This document shows positions 25,114 to 32,000 of a stretch of 32,000 nucleotides of DNA, one piece after another (position 1 is the first letter of the stretch; each line of letters opens with the position of its first letter). The notes below the pieces were generated by a model. The model made no database searches. It saw only the letters and a program-made list of their open reading frames with translations, and was not told the origin of the DNA. The translations under genes were made by a program, and so were the position numbers. This DNA is from Kiritimatiella glycovorans (lineage in GTDB: Bacteria; Verrucomicrobiota; Kiritimatiellia; Kiritimatiellales; Kiritimatiellaceae), in contig NZ_CP010904.1 in the NCBI RefSeq assembly GCF_001017655.1, forward strand, positions 1,320,001 to 1,352,000, written 5' to 3'.

Positions 25114-25440
25114 TCGCGCCTTCGGCGCTTCACGCGCGGGTTCGGCCTGCGTCTCTTGGGTAGGGCGTGCTCTCCGAGCGCGCCGCTCGTTTGCGGACGG
25201 CCCGGAGGTCCGCCCCTACCCTCACGCACGGGTTCGACCTGCGTCTCTTGGGTAGGGCGCGATTCCATCCCCCGATTCAAGGAATTCGAGTACGGGTACG
25301 ATATTCCCCCGGGGGTCCCCATGTGGAACTCAGGTTCCTCCCCCCTCAACCCACCTTCATGCTCTTCATGTCCTTCATGGTTAATCCCTATCCCCCCCCG
25401 ATCTCCCGCATCCCACCTTTTCCGGGAAACCTTCCATAAA
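25114..25440. repeat. Composite intergenic repeat, copy B (hairpin, M1, inverted M1 fragment, M1, M2, pyrimidine-rich tail with 3x CTTCATG)
   Basis: Hairpin GCGCC-ttc-GGCGC at 25116-25128. M1 at 25130-25169 and 25222-25261. Near-perfect inverted pair GGGTAGGGCG (25158-25167) / CGCCCCTACCC (25211-25221). M2 at 25256-25334. CTTCATG at 25355, 25364 and 25373 (9-bp period). Same orientation as copy A. Confidence 0.85.
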
Positions 25441-25479
25441 CATCCACGAAGAACCATGAACCCTGGGGCGCGGCGTGCT

Positions 25480-26757
25480 TCAGCCACCGCCGCCGGCGAC
25501 AAAGTACAGCACGAGGCCCGTCGCTATTACGCTCGCCACGCAGGGCCACAGATAGCGATAGATCCGGTGAAAACGCGCCTCGAAGTGATTGCGCGTAAGC
25601 ACGAAGCACAGATGCATCGGGGAGAGCATCATGCCTGCGTACCCGAAGGCGAAGGCCAGCGCCAGTACCGGCAGGGGAAACGAGTCGCTGCCGCCGTACA
25701 GGCCGATCACCAGCGGAAAGGCGGTGCCGGCGAAGCCCACGGCGATGCCGGTAACGAGCCCCGCGATGAACGGCAGCGCAGCCGACACGACCAGGGCCGG
25801 GACCCCGCCGGTCATCATCTCCTCCGCCGCCCGCGGCAGCAGACCCGAGACCGAGAGCATATGCTTGAAGATCAGCACGCCCGTAAGGGTGCCGAGAATG
25901 CCGCGGGCCTTGCGTGTCCTGAGTTGAGCAAACAGCCTGCGGCGCGATTCGCGGGGTTCGCGCAGCACGACCGGTACGCCGACCGCCGCAAGCGCGATCA
26001 GCACGCCGGTCATCTGGACGGCCCCCGTATCCCCCGCCGGTAACACCGCCTGCAGCAGTTCCGGTATGAGCAGGGCGCCCGCCATCACCAGCCCCAGCAT
26101 CAGGAGCAGAAAAACCGCGCGCTGCGTGTTCGCCGCAAGCCCCGGAACCGGTGCATTTAACTGGCCCCGGTGCGGGCGGACGAGAAACAGGTACCCCGCC
26201 CCGAACGACACGAGCGTAAACGGCGCCTGGAGGAGAAAGAAACGCCAGTACTCGACCGAGGTCACGGAAAGGGTGACCATGATGACCGGGTAGAGCGGCC
26301 ACCAGTATTCCCAGACGTGGCGGAACCAGTAGTTGACGGCGGATTTCCACTCCGGCGTCCAGTGGTCTTCGGACGCCGTCTGCCCCACGAGGGGAGCTGA
26401 AAACAGTGCGCCGCCCGGCATCGGCACCAGGCCGATCGCCGCGGGCGCGATCATCACGCCGACTTCGCGGCCGCCCCATTTGCGCGTGAGCGCCATCAGC
26501 GATTCCGCGTTATGCGGCTCGGTCATGATTCTCCCGAACTCGGTGATGAGTACGGTGATCGCCAGGAGAAGCCAGAGTTCGGGAAGCGCAAACGTCCCGG
26601 CGAAATCGAGCGGCACGCGCGTCCCGCGCCCCGCGAGCAAAGCCAGTGCGACCCCTCCGGCCGCGAGCGCCGCGCCCAGGGAGAGACCCGCCCGGGTTGC
26701 GGCCAGCACGGCCGCGAAAACCCCGAGGATGATCAAAGTCGAGCCGAACGGCATCAC
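25480..26757 (-). CDS. polytopic membrane protein, DUF401-like (putative transporter, function unknown)
   Basis: 425 aa with at least 10 hydrophobic segments. The overall pattern and the C-terminal SPMHLCFVLT motif match my recollection of DUF401/TIGR00529. The start (GTG 26757 or ATG 26754) overlaps the lipB stop. Confidence 0.55.
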   Translation of the reverse strand: MMPFGSTLIILGVFAAVLAATRAGLSLGAALAAGGVALALLAGRGTRVPLDFAGTFALPELWLLLAITVLITEFGRIMTEPHNAESLMALTRKWGGREVGVMIAPAAIGLVPMPGGALFSAPLVGQTASEDHWTPEWKSAVNYWFRHVWEYWWPLYPVIMVTLSVTSVEYWRFFLLQAPFTLVSFGAGYLFLVRPHRGQLNAPVPGLAANTQRAVFLLLMLGLVMAGALLIPELLQAVLPAGDTGAVQMTGVLIALAAVGVPVVLREPRESRRRLFAQLRTRKARGILGTLTGVLIFKHMLSVSGLLPRAAEEMMTGGVPALVVSAALPFIAGLVTGIAVGFAGTAFPLVIGLYGGSDSFPLPVLALAFAFGYAGMMLSPMHLCFVLTRNHFEARFHRIYRYLWPCVASVIATGLVLYFVAGGGG

Positions 26758-27455
26758 GTCCCCCGATCCGGCTGCAGACCGGCCGGGAGCGCGTCGCCCT
26801 CGCGGAACCGCGTCAGCGTGCGGTCGAACACACCTTCAAAGTTCTCCAGCAGCGCGTCACCGGCGCGGTCCATCGAGGGGGTGGCGGACCCCAGCAGCGT
26901 TTCGATTGACGCCACCTTTTCTCCCTCAAGACCGCACGGGACAATGGTGTCGAACCCCGAGAGATCGGGCATGACATTGAAGCTCATTCCGTGGAACGTG
27001 ACCCAGCGCCGCAGCCGGAATCCGATCGCCGCGATCTTGCCGGCCTCCGTCCACGCGCCGTTTTTACCTTCTCGCCGCCACGCCCGCACGCCGAGGTCGC
27101 CGGCGGTCCGGACCGCGACCTCTTCGAGATTGTAGAGGTATCCGTGAGAATCGGCGCCGCGTCCGCCGAGGTGGAGGATCGGATAGAGAACCCACTGGCC
27201 GGGGCCGTGCCAGGTGACATCCCCTCCCCGCTCGGCCTTATGAACCTCGATGCCCCGTTCCCGGTATTCCGCAGGCGTTTTGAGCAGATAGTGATCACGG
27301 CCGCGCTGCCCGAGGGTGATCGTAGGGGGATGCTGCAGCAGGAGCACCGTGTCGGGAATGCGTTCGCGCCGTCTCTCTTCGAGCAGACGAAGCTGAATAT
27401 CACGGGCTTCGGAGTACGGAACCGGCCGCTCGAATCTGAGACACCAGGATTTCAC
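26754..27455 (-). CDS. lipB: octanoyltransferase (lipoyl(octanoyl) transferase) LipB
   Basis: Start chosen at GTG 27455 ((M)KSWCLRFERPVPYSEA...); the longer track ORF overlaps gcvH. LipB motifs: LLLQHPPTITLGQ, ERGGDVTWHGPGQWVLYPIL, KIAAIGFRLRRWVTFHGMSFNV, PCGL. Confidence 0.9.
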   Translation of the reverse strand: MKSWCLRFERPVPYSEARDIQLRLLEERRRERIPDTVLLLQHPPTITLGQRGRDHYLLKTPAEYRERGIEVHKAERGGDVTWHGPGQWVLYPILHLGGRGADSHGYLYNLEEVAVRTAGDLGVRAWRREGKNGAWTEAGKIAAIGFRLRRWVTFHGMSFNVMPDLSGFDTIVPCGLEGEKVASIETLLGSATPSMDRAGDALLENFEGVFDRTLTRFREGDALPAGLQPDRGT

Positions 27456-27841
27456 TATTCTTCGGGCAGCATGTCCGCATATTCGTTCACGCTGAGCAGT
27501 TCCTCGAACTGCTCGGGATCGTCGACCTTCATGCGGAAGATCCAGCCCTCCCCGAAGGGATCCTCGTTGATCAGTTCCGGGCGATCGTCGAGCACGTCGT
27601 TCACCTCGCTCACCTCGCCCGTAAGTGGCGCGTAGATGTCCGAGGCCGCCTTGACCGATTCCACCACCGCGCACTCGTCCTCGGCATCGAAGCGGTCCCC
27701 CGGCTCGGGCAGCTCGACGAACGTGACGTCATTGAGCTGCCTCTGGGCGAAATCCGTCAGGCCCACGGTGATCACACCCTCGGACATCTTCACCCATTCG
27801 TGGTTCTCCGTGTATTTCAGGTCTGTAGGAATCGAGTCCAT
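27455..27841 (-). CDS. gcvH: glycine cleavage system H protein
   Basis: 128 aa from ATG 27841. Near-canonical GcvH: YTENHEWV...VGLTDFAQ...FVELPE...ESVKAASDIYAPLTGEV..N......PELIN.DP...GWIF, including the lipoyl-lysine motif ESVKAAS. Confidence 0.95.
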   Translation of the reverse strand: MDSIPTDLKYTENHEWVKMSEGVITVGLTDFAQRQLNDVTFVELPEPGDRFDAEDECAVVESVKAASDIYAPLTGEVSEVNDVLDDRPELINEDPFGEGWIFRMKVDDPEQFEELLSVNEYADMLPEE

Positions 27842-27914
27842 CTTTCTGCTCCGCAGGTTCTTATTCGGGTGAAACGGCCGATTCACACCGGAGGGGCCGT
27901 ATTCGTAAACAGGT

Positions 27915-27989
27915 TGGAGGCGCGGACCGGATTCGAACCGGTGATACATGGATTTGCAATCCACCGCCTTACCACTTGGCTACCGCGCC
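27915..27989 (-). tRNA. tRNA-Cys (anticodon GCA)
   Basis: Folded by hand as a cloverleaf: acceptor GGCGCGG/CCGCGCC; 3-bp D stem with an A13:A22 mismatch; anticodon stem GTGGA/TCCAT with loop TTGCAAA; T arm ACCGG-TTCGAAT-CCGGT; discriminator U73 (a CysRS identity element); encoded CCA. Confidence 0.92.
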
Positions 27990-28072
27990 ATGGGATCGTC
28001 AGGTTCAAACTACAGTGTATGAATCGTGTCTCAGCGCATTCCAGAAAAAAGTCTAAAAAAGCGCACCCGGGA

Positions 28073-29245
28073 TCATTCGACACCCAGCGTTTCGGCCCCG
28101 GCGGAGGGCACGATCACCCGCGCCACCGGACGCGCACCGTCCTGGTACTCGCATCGTTCCCGGACGAAGGCGCTGATCCGGTCCGCCTCCGCTTCCCGTA
28201 CGAGGGCCAGCGCGCTGCCGCCGAACCCCCCGCCTGAAAGACGCGCCCCCAGCGCCCCCGCGTTGCGGCACTCCCGCACCACGGCATCCAGCTCATCGCA
28301 GGAGTTCTCAAACAGATCCCGCGAACTCTGATGGGATTCATACATGAGTTCGCCGAACGGCTCGATGTCTCCACGTCCCAGATACGTCCACGCCCGCAGA
28401 ACGCGGTCGCATTCCCGGATCACGTGTTCCGCGCGGCGCGCGTCGGTTTCGTCGATCCCGCTTTTCACCTCGTCCCATTCGTCGACAGAGATATCGCGCA
28501 GGGCGTGGACGGGATGGTCGAGTCGTGCGGCCACCTGTTCGACCACCCGCTCGCAGGCCTCGCGCCGGGCGTTATAGTCCGAGTCGCCCAGCGAGTGCGA
28601 AACATTGGTGTCGAACAGGAGAAAGACGTACCCGTCCGGGATCGCATCCGATTGAAGGTCAAGCGACCGGAAGTCCGTCATGATCATCCCGTGCTCCCTG
28701 CCGCAGAGACTGGTGAGCGGGTCGAGCAGACCGCAGCGCACACCGGCGAATTCCTCCTCGGCCCTGCGGCAGAGGCGCGCCAGTTCCTCCGGTTCGATCT
28801 GCCCGCCGGCCAGGTCCGCCGCCGCCAGTCCGGCGGCGACCTCGTACGCCGCGGAGCTGGAGAGTCCGGCGCCGCGCTCGATACTCCCCTGCACGGTACC
28901 GCAGACCGGGGGCACCTCGATTCCCCGCTCGCGGAGCAGATAAAGCACGCCCTTCGCATAATTGATCCATGTTTCGCCGGACTCGGGACGGTCATTGAGT
29001 TCATCGATCCGCGCGCGGCGGTTCATGTTAACGGCATACCACTCCATGCCGGGGCGGTCCGACTTCGAGAGCGTGACGCAGATCCCGCGGTCGACGGCCG
29101 CCGAGATCACGTAACCTTCATTGTAGTCGGTATGATTGCCCAGCACCTCGATCCTTCCGGGGGCATAGGCCGCGGCCTGCGGCTTCACGCCGAAATGACA
29201 TTCATGGCGGTGGGCGGTGTCTTTAATCAGGGCTTTCTTCTTCAT
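28073..29245 (-). CDS. galK: galactokinase-family GHMP sugar kinase
   Basis: Galactokinase signature APGRIEVLGNHTDYNEGYV. GHMP ATP motif GAGLSSSAA. C-terminal ARLSGGGFGGSALAL. Confidence 0.85.
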   Translation of the reverse strand: MKKKALIKDTAHRHECHFGVKPQAAAYAPGRIEVLGNHTDYNEGYVISAAVDRGICVTLSKSDRPGMEWYAVNMNRRARIDELNDRPESGETWINYAKGVLYLLRERGIEVPPVCGTVQGSIERGAGLSSSAAYEVAAGLAAADLAGGQIEPEELARLCRRAEEEFAGVRCGLLDPLTSLCGREHGMIMTDFRSLDLQSDAIPDGYVFLLFDTNVSHSLGDSDYNARREACERVVEQVAARLDHPVHALRDISVDEWDEVKSGIDETDARRAEHVIRECDRVLRAWTYLGRGDIEPFGELMYESHQSSRDLFENSCDELDAVVRECRNAGALGARLSGGGFGGSALALVREAEADRISAFVRERCEYQDGARPVARVIVPSAGAETLGVE

Positions 29246-30107
29246 CCGGTGTCAGCTCCTCGCTGTCGATCAGTCTCGTTCCCGCGATCCGCACCGCGAG
29301 GGCGGCGAGTACCGTCCCTTCGATCCGGTCCACGGATTCCAGTGTCTCTCCATCCACGATTTCCGCGTATTCCAGGGCGGCGTCGGGCTCTTCTCCAATC
29401 ACGCCTGTCATCAGGATCTTCAGCGCTTCGGCATCCCGCTGCCCCTGCCGCACTGCTTCGGCGGCGCGATCGAGCGCGCGCCGCAGGCAACGCGCCTGAC
29501 GTCGTGCGGACGGGTCGAGGTACCGGTTCCGCGAACTCATGGCGAGACCGTCTTGTTCACGGACGATCGGTGCGCCGATCACTTCGACGGGCATATTGAG
29601 GTCGCGGACCATCCGCCGGATCACCCGCAGCTGCTGGGCGTCCTTACGACCGAATACGGCGAGGTCGGGCGCGCAGATATGGAACAGTTTTGCGACCACC
29701 GTACAGACGCCGCGGAAGTGGCCCGGCCGTCCGGATCCGCACAGGGGGGCGGAAACGGAGGTCTCGTCCACCCACGTGCTGTGGTCCGGCGCGTAGAGGG
29801 TTCCGGGGTCGGGATGGAAAACGAGATCGGTTCCCTCTTCGGCGCACGCGGCCATATCCCGTTCGAAATCACGGGGATAGTGCTCGTAGTCTTCGTCCGG
29901 ACCGAACTGCGTCGGATTGACGAAGATGCTGACCACGACCGTATCCGCCCGCTGCCGGGCGAGGCGGATCAGGGATCGATGTCCCTCGTGCAGGGCGCCC
30001 ATCGTAGGCACCAGGCCGACCGTCCGTCCTGCACGCCGTTCTTCAGCGACGCGACGCTGCATCGGCGCCGGTTCGTCGATCACCTCGGGTTCGCTCCGTA
30101 CCGTCAT
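29223..30107 (-). CDS. panC: pantoate--beta-alanine ligase
   Basis: Start at ATG 30107, an ATGA overlap with the panB stop. Motifs: VGLVPTMGALHEGH, VVSIFVNPTQF, RPGHFRGVCTVV, FGRKDAQQ, GLAMSSRN. The 3' end overlaps the galK start by 23 nt. Confidence 0.92.
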   Translation of the reverse strand: MTVRSEPEVIDEPAPMQRRVAEERRAGRTVGLVPTMGALHEGHRSLIRLARQRADTVVVSIFVNPTQFGPDEDYEHYPRDFERDMAACAEEGTDLVFHPDPGTLYAPDHSTWVDETSVSAPLCGSGRPGHFRGVCTVVAKLFHICAPDLAVFGRKDAQQLRVIRRMVRDLNMPVEVIGAPIVREQDGLAMSSRNRYLDPSARRQARCLRRALDRAAEAVRQGQRDAEALKILMTGVIGEEPDAALEYAEIVDGETLESVDRIEGTVLAALAVRIAGTRLIDSEELTPDEEESPD

Positions 30108-30910
30108 CGGGCGTCCCCGCCGTAGCAGTGTTCTGAGGAGGGGAACCGGCGCGACCCGACTTCGTCGCGGAAGGCTTCGACCGCACGCTGGGCTTCCGAC
30201 GCGAAATCGGCATAGCGTTTTACAAACCGCGGCGCCCTGCCCCGGTTCATTCCCAGCAGATCGGAGATCACGAGCACCTGCCCGTCGCAGTCCGGGCCCG
30301 CGCCGATCCCGATCGTGGGGATCGTGAGCGCCTCGGTGATCTTCGCACCCAACGAAGCGGGCATACACTCGAGCACCACCGCGAACGCGCCCGCCTGCTC
30401 CACGGCCATCGCGTCGTCGAGCAGACGCCGCACCTCTTCGGGCTCGCGTCCCTGGATCCTGTAGCCTCCGATCTCGCGCACACTCTGCGGCGTGAGCCCG
30501 ATATGGCCCAGCACGGGAATCCCGTTCTCCCGGCAGGCCGAGATCAGCTCCGCGCGATGCGCCCCGCCCTCGATTTTCACGGCGTCGGAACGCGCCTGTT
30601 TCAGGAATCGTCCGGCGCTGCGCAGGCCGTCGGCCACGGAGGGCTGATAGGACATGAACGGCATATCGGCCACGATCAGGGCCGAGGTCACCACGCGGCC
30701 TACCGCCGCGGCGTGGTGCAGCATCTCGTCCATCGTCACGGGCAGCGTGTCGTCATACCCCAGCACCGTGCCGGCGAGCGAATCGCCGACCAGACACAGC
30801 GGAAGGCCCGCCTCGTCGGCGATGCGACCCGTGAAGGCGTCGTACGCCGTGAGGGCCGCAAACGGGTCGCCTCCCTTGAGTTCCCTCAATTTTCGTGCCG
30901 TCCACTTCAT
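30104..30910 (-). CDS. panB: 3-methyl-2-oxobutanoate hydroxymethyltransferase
   Basis: Motifs: LTAYDAFTGRIADEAG, LVGDSLAGTVLGYDDT, ADMPFMSY, VKIEGG, GHIGLTPQS. Confidence 0.92.
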   Translation of the reverse strand: MKWTARKLRELKGGDPFAALTAYDAFTGRIADEAGLPLCLVGDSLAGTVLGYDDTLPVTMDEMLHHAAAVGRVVTSALIVADMPFMSYQPSVADGLRSAGRFLKQARSDAVKIEGGAHRAELISACRENGIPVLGHIGLTPQSVREIGGYRIQGREPEEVRRLLDDAMAVEQAGAFAVVLECMPASLGAKITEALTIPTIGIGAGPDCDGQVLVISDLLGMNRGRAPRFVKRYADFASEAQRAVEAFRDEVGSRRFPSSEHCYGGDAR

Positions 30911-30919
30911 GGGGACATC

Positions 30920-31423
30920 CTACCACTTTTCGGCGAAGAGTTCGATCCCCGCGGGGTCTTCGAGTTCCTCGAGCACGCGGGCCACGCGGCGCGTCTCTCC
31001 GGGCAGTACAGCATCCGGGCGCACATCGCAGAGCGGACGCACCACGAACTTTCGCTCGCGCCAGCGCGGGTGCGGCACCGTCAAATCCGCCGAAGAGCGC
31101 ACGAGATCGTCCACGTAGAGGAGATCGACGTCTACATTACGCGGTGCGTAGCGGTCGTCTGAACGAACCCGTCCCAGGGCGTCTTCGATCTCGCCGATCC
31201 GCGCCTTCCAGCGCTCCGGACCGTATTCGCTTTCGACAATCACCACGGCATTCAGGAAGAACAGATGGGAGAACTCAGGCCGGACGCCCACCGGTTCCGT
31301 TTCGTACACCCGGGACTGTGCGGCGAGCGCAGCGCCCTCCGTGGCGGCGAGCAGATCGCGGGCCCGCGACAGATGGGCGAGCCGGTCGCCGCGATTCGAT
31401 CCAAGGCTGAACGCCGCTTCCAT
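30920..31423 (-). CDS. folK: 2-amino-4-hydroxy-6-hydroxymethyldihydropteridine diphosphokinase (HPPK)
   Basis: 167 aa from ATG 31423, an ATGA overlap with the murB stop. Motifs: FSLGSNRGDR, SRVYETEPVG, RYAPRNVDVDLL, LTVPHPRWRERKFVVRPL. Confidence 0.88.
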   Translation of the reverse strand: MEAAFSLGSNRGDRLAHLSRARDLLAATEGAALAAQSRVYETEPVGVRPEFSHLFFLNAVVIVESEYGPERWKARIGEIEDALGRVRSDDRYAPRNVDVDLLYVDDLVRSSADLTVPHPRWRERKFVVRPLCDVRPDAVLPGETRRVARVLEELEDPAGIELFAEKW

Positions 31424-32000
31424 CAGTCCTGCTGCTCCTCCCGGGATCCCGTCTCGAAAAGACCCATGAGCCTGATTTCGCGCTGCAGTTCGATCTCGAA
31501 TCGGTCGTATACCGCCCTCTCCATCCGGCGCATCAGCGTGAGGACGTCTTCCGCGCGGCAGCCGGGTTCGGCGACAATGATATTGGCGTGTCGCTCGTAG
31601 ACCTTCGCCCGGCCGGAATGCGCTCCCTTCATCCCCGCCTGTTCGAGGAACCAGCCGGCGGACTGCCTGCGCCGGACGGCCGATCCCGGCTCGACATTGC
31701 GGAAGACGCTGCCCGCGCACGCCGTCGTCCGCCAGTCCGGATGCCGCTCGCGGCGGTACTGCAGGATACGCTCGCGTTCGCGGCGGGGTTCCTCCGGGTC
31801 CTGTTCGGGAAGAAAGAGGTCGGCCTCCAGCACGATCTCACCCGAGCGCCGCAGGCGCGAGTCCCGGTACTCGAAATGGAGTCGCTCACCGTCGGCGCGG
31901 TACGTGTCGCCCTCCAGCCCGAGCAGGCGCACGCTGCGCACCAGATCGCCGATCTGGCGGCCGAACGCCCCCGCATTACCGGCAATCGCGCCCCCCACCG
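31423..32000 (-). CDS. murB: UDP-N-acetylenolpyruvoylglucosamine reductase, C-terminal part (5' end outside the window)
   Basis: Motifs: GGAIAGNAGAFG, FEYRDSRL, AGSVFRN, AGWFLEQAGMKG...GRAKVYERHANIIV. The ORF runs off the right edge. Confidence 0.88.
   Translation of the reverse strand, partial: VGGAIAGNAGAFGRQIGDLVRSVRLLGLEGDTYRADGERLHFEYRDSRLRRSGEIVLEADLFLPEQDPEEPRRERERILQYRRERHPDWRTTACAGSVFRNVEPGSAVRRRQSAGWFLEQAGMKGAHSGRAKVYERHANIIVAEPGCRAEDVLTLMRRMERAVYDRFEIELQREIRLMGLFETGSREEQQD

Noticed and set aside
25116-25128. Rho-independent terminator after the mtaD-like gene (GCGCC-ttc-GGCGC)
   Set aside because: It has only a 5-bp stem, a 3-nt loop and no U-tract. The same hairpin, in reverse orientation, is part of repeat copy A (1872-1884), so it is better described as a repeat module than as a terminator.
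25355-25379. CRISPR-like or other array from the periodic CTTCATG repeats
   Set aside because: There are only three 7-nt units with 2-nt spacers, far too short for a CRISPR array, and no cas genes are present. It is treated as part of the dispersed repeat tail.
24957-26043. ORFs running through repeat copy B (24957..25502-, containing NHEGHEEHEG; 25156..26043+; 25167..25439+)
   Set aside because: They are translations of the dispersed repeat modules and of the antisense strand of flanking genes. They have no RBS and low-complexity sequence, and the same DNA modules occur non-coding at 1739-1987.
27842-27914. Glycine riboswitch upstream of gcvH
   Set aside because: The leader is only 73 nt. 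It lacks the conserved glycine-riboswitch elements, and only a weak ACGGCC...GGCCGT hairpin is visible. The space is more likely a tRNA 3' trailer plus the gcvH RBS region.
27915-28072. tRNA-Cys as an integration site for a genomic island
   Set aside because: There is no integrase, no direct repeat of the tRNA 3' end, and the flanking genes on both sides are core housekeeping genes on the same strand.

Overview
GC-rich bacterial window. The gene content (Tat-signal Gfo/Idh/MocA oxidoreductases, DUF1080, ThuA, HEAT-repeat and discoidin fusions) resembles the PVC superphylum; that is inference only. I support 29 protein-coding genes, one tRNA-Cys(GCA), two copies of a composite intergenic repeat and two candidate AraC operator regions. 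I saw no CRISPR array, rRNA, transposase or integrase.

Layout:
- nt 36-1618: an orphan ORF convergent with a DUF481-like outer-membrane protein.
- nt 2002-8587: a PAS-AraC regulator divergent from URO-D-like, DUF1080, Tat-Gfo/Idh/MocA and HEAT-DUF1080 genes.
- nt 8667-13020 (minus strand): a tightly overlapping operon of Gfo/Idh/MocA, secreted discoidin protein, GT-C/TIGR03663-like membrane protein and ApbE.
- nt 13154-25106: a second PAS-AraC paralog divergent from an 11-kb co-directional string: xylose-isomerase-like TIM barrel, Tat-Gfo, ThuA-HEAT-discoidin, DoxX-like, Tat-Gfo, KaiC-like/PPDK_N fusion, MtaD-like deaminase.
- nt 25480-32000 (minus strand): a housekeeping string, murB-folK-panB-panC-galK-tRNACys-gcvH-lipB-DUF401-like.

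Best candidates for something new:
- The 872-aa fusion of a degenerate KaiC-like domain to a PPS/PPDK ATP-binding domain, 14 nt upstream of a deaminase.
- The apparent periplasmic oxidative (3-keto) glycoside-processing gene sets with HEAT-repeat fusions.
- The GT-C/ApbE/discoidin/oxidoreductase operon.
- The composite repeat that brackets the whole 23-kb accessory block.

All family assignments come from motif recognition by eye; no searches were run.
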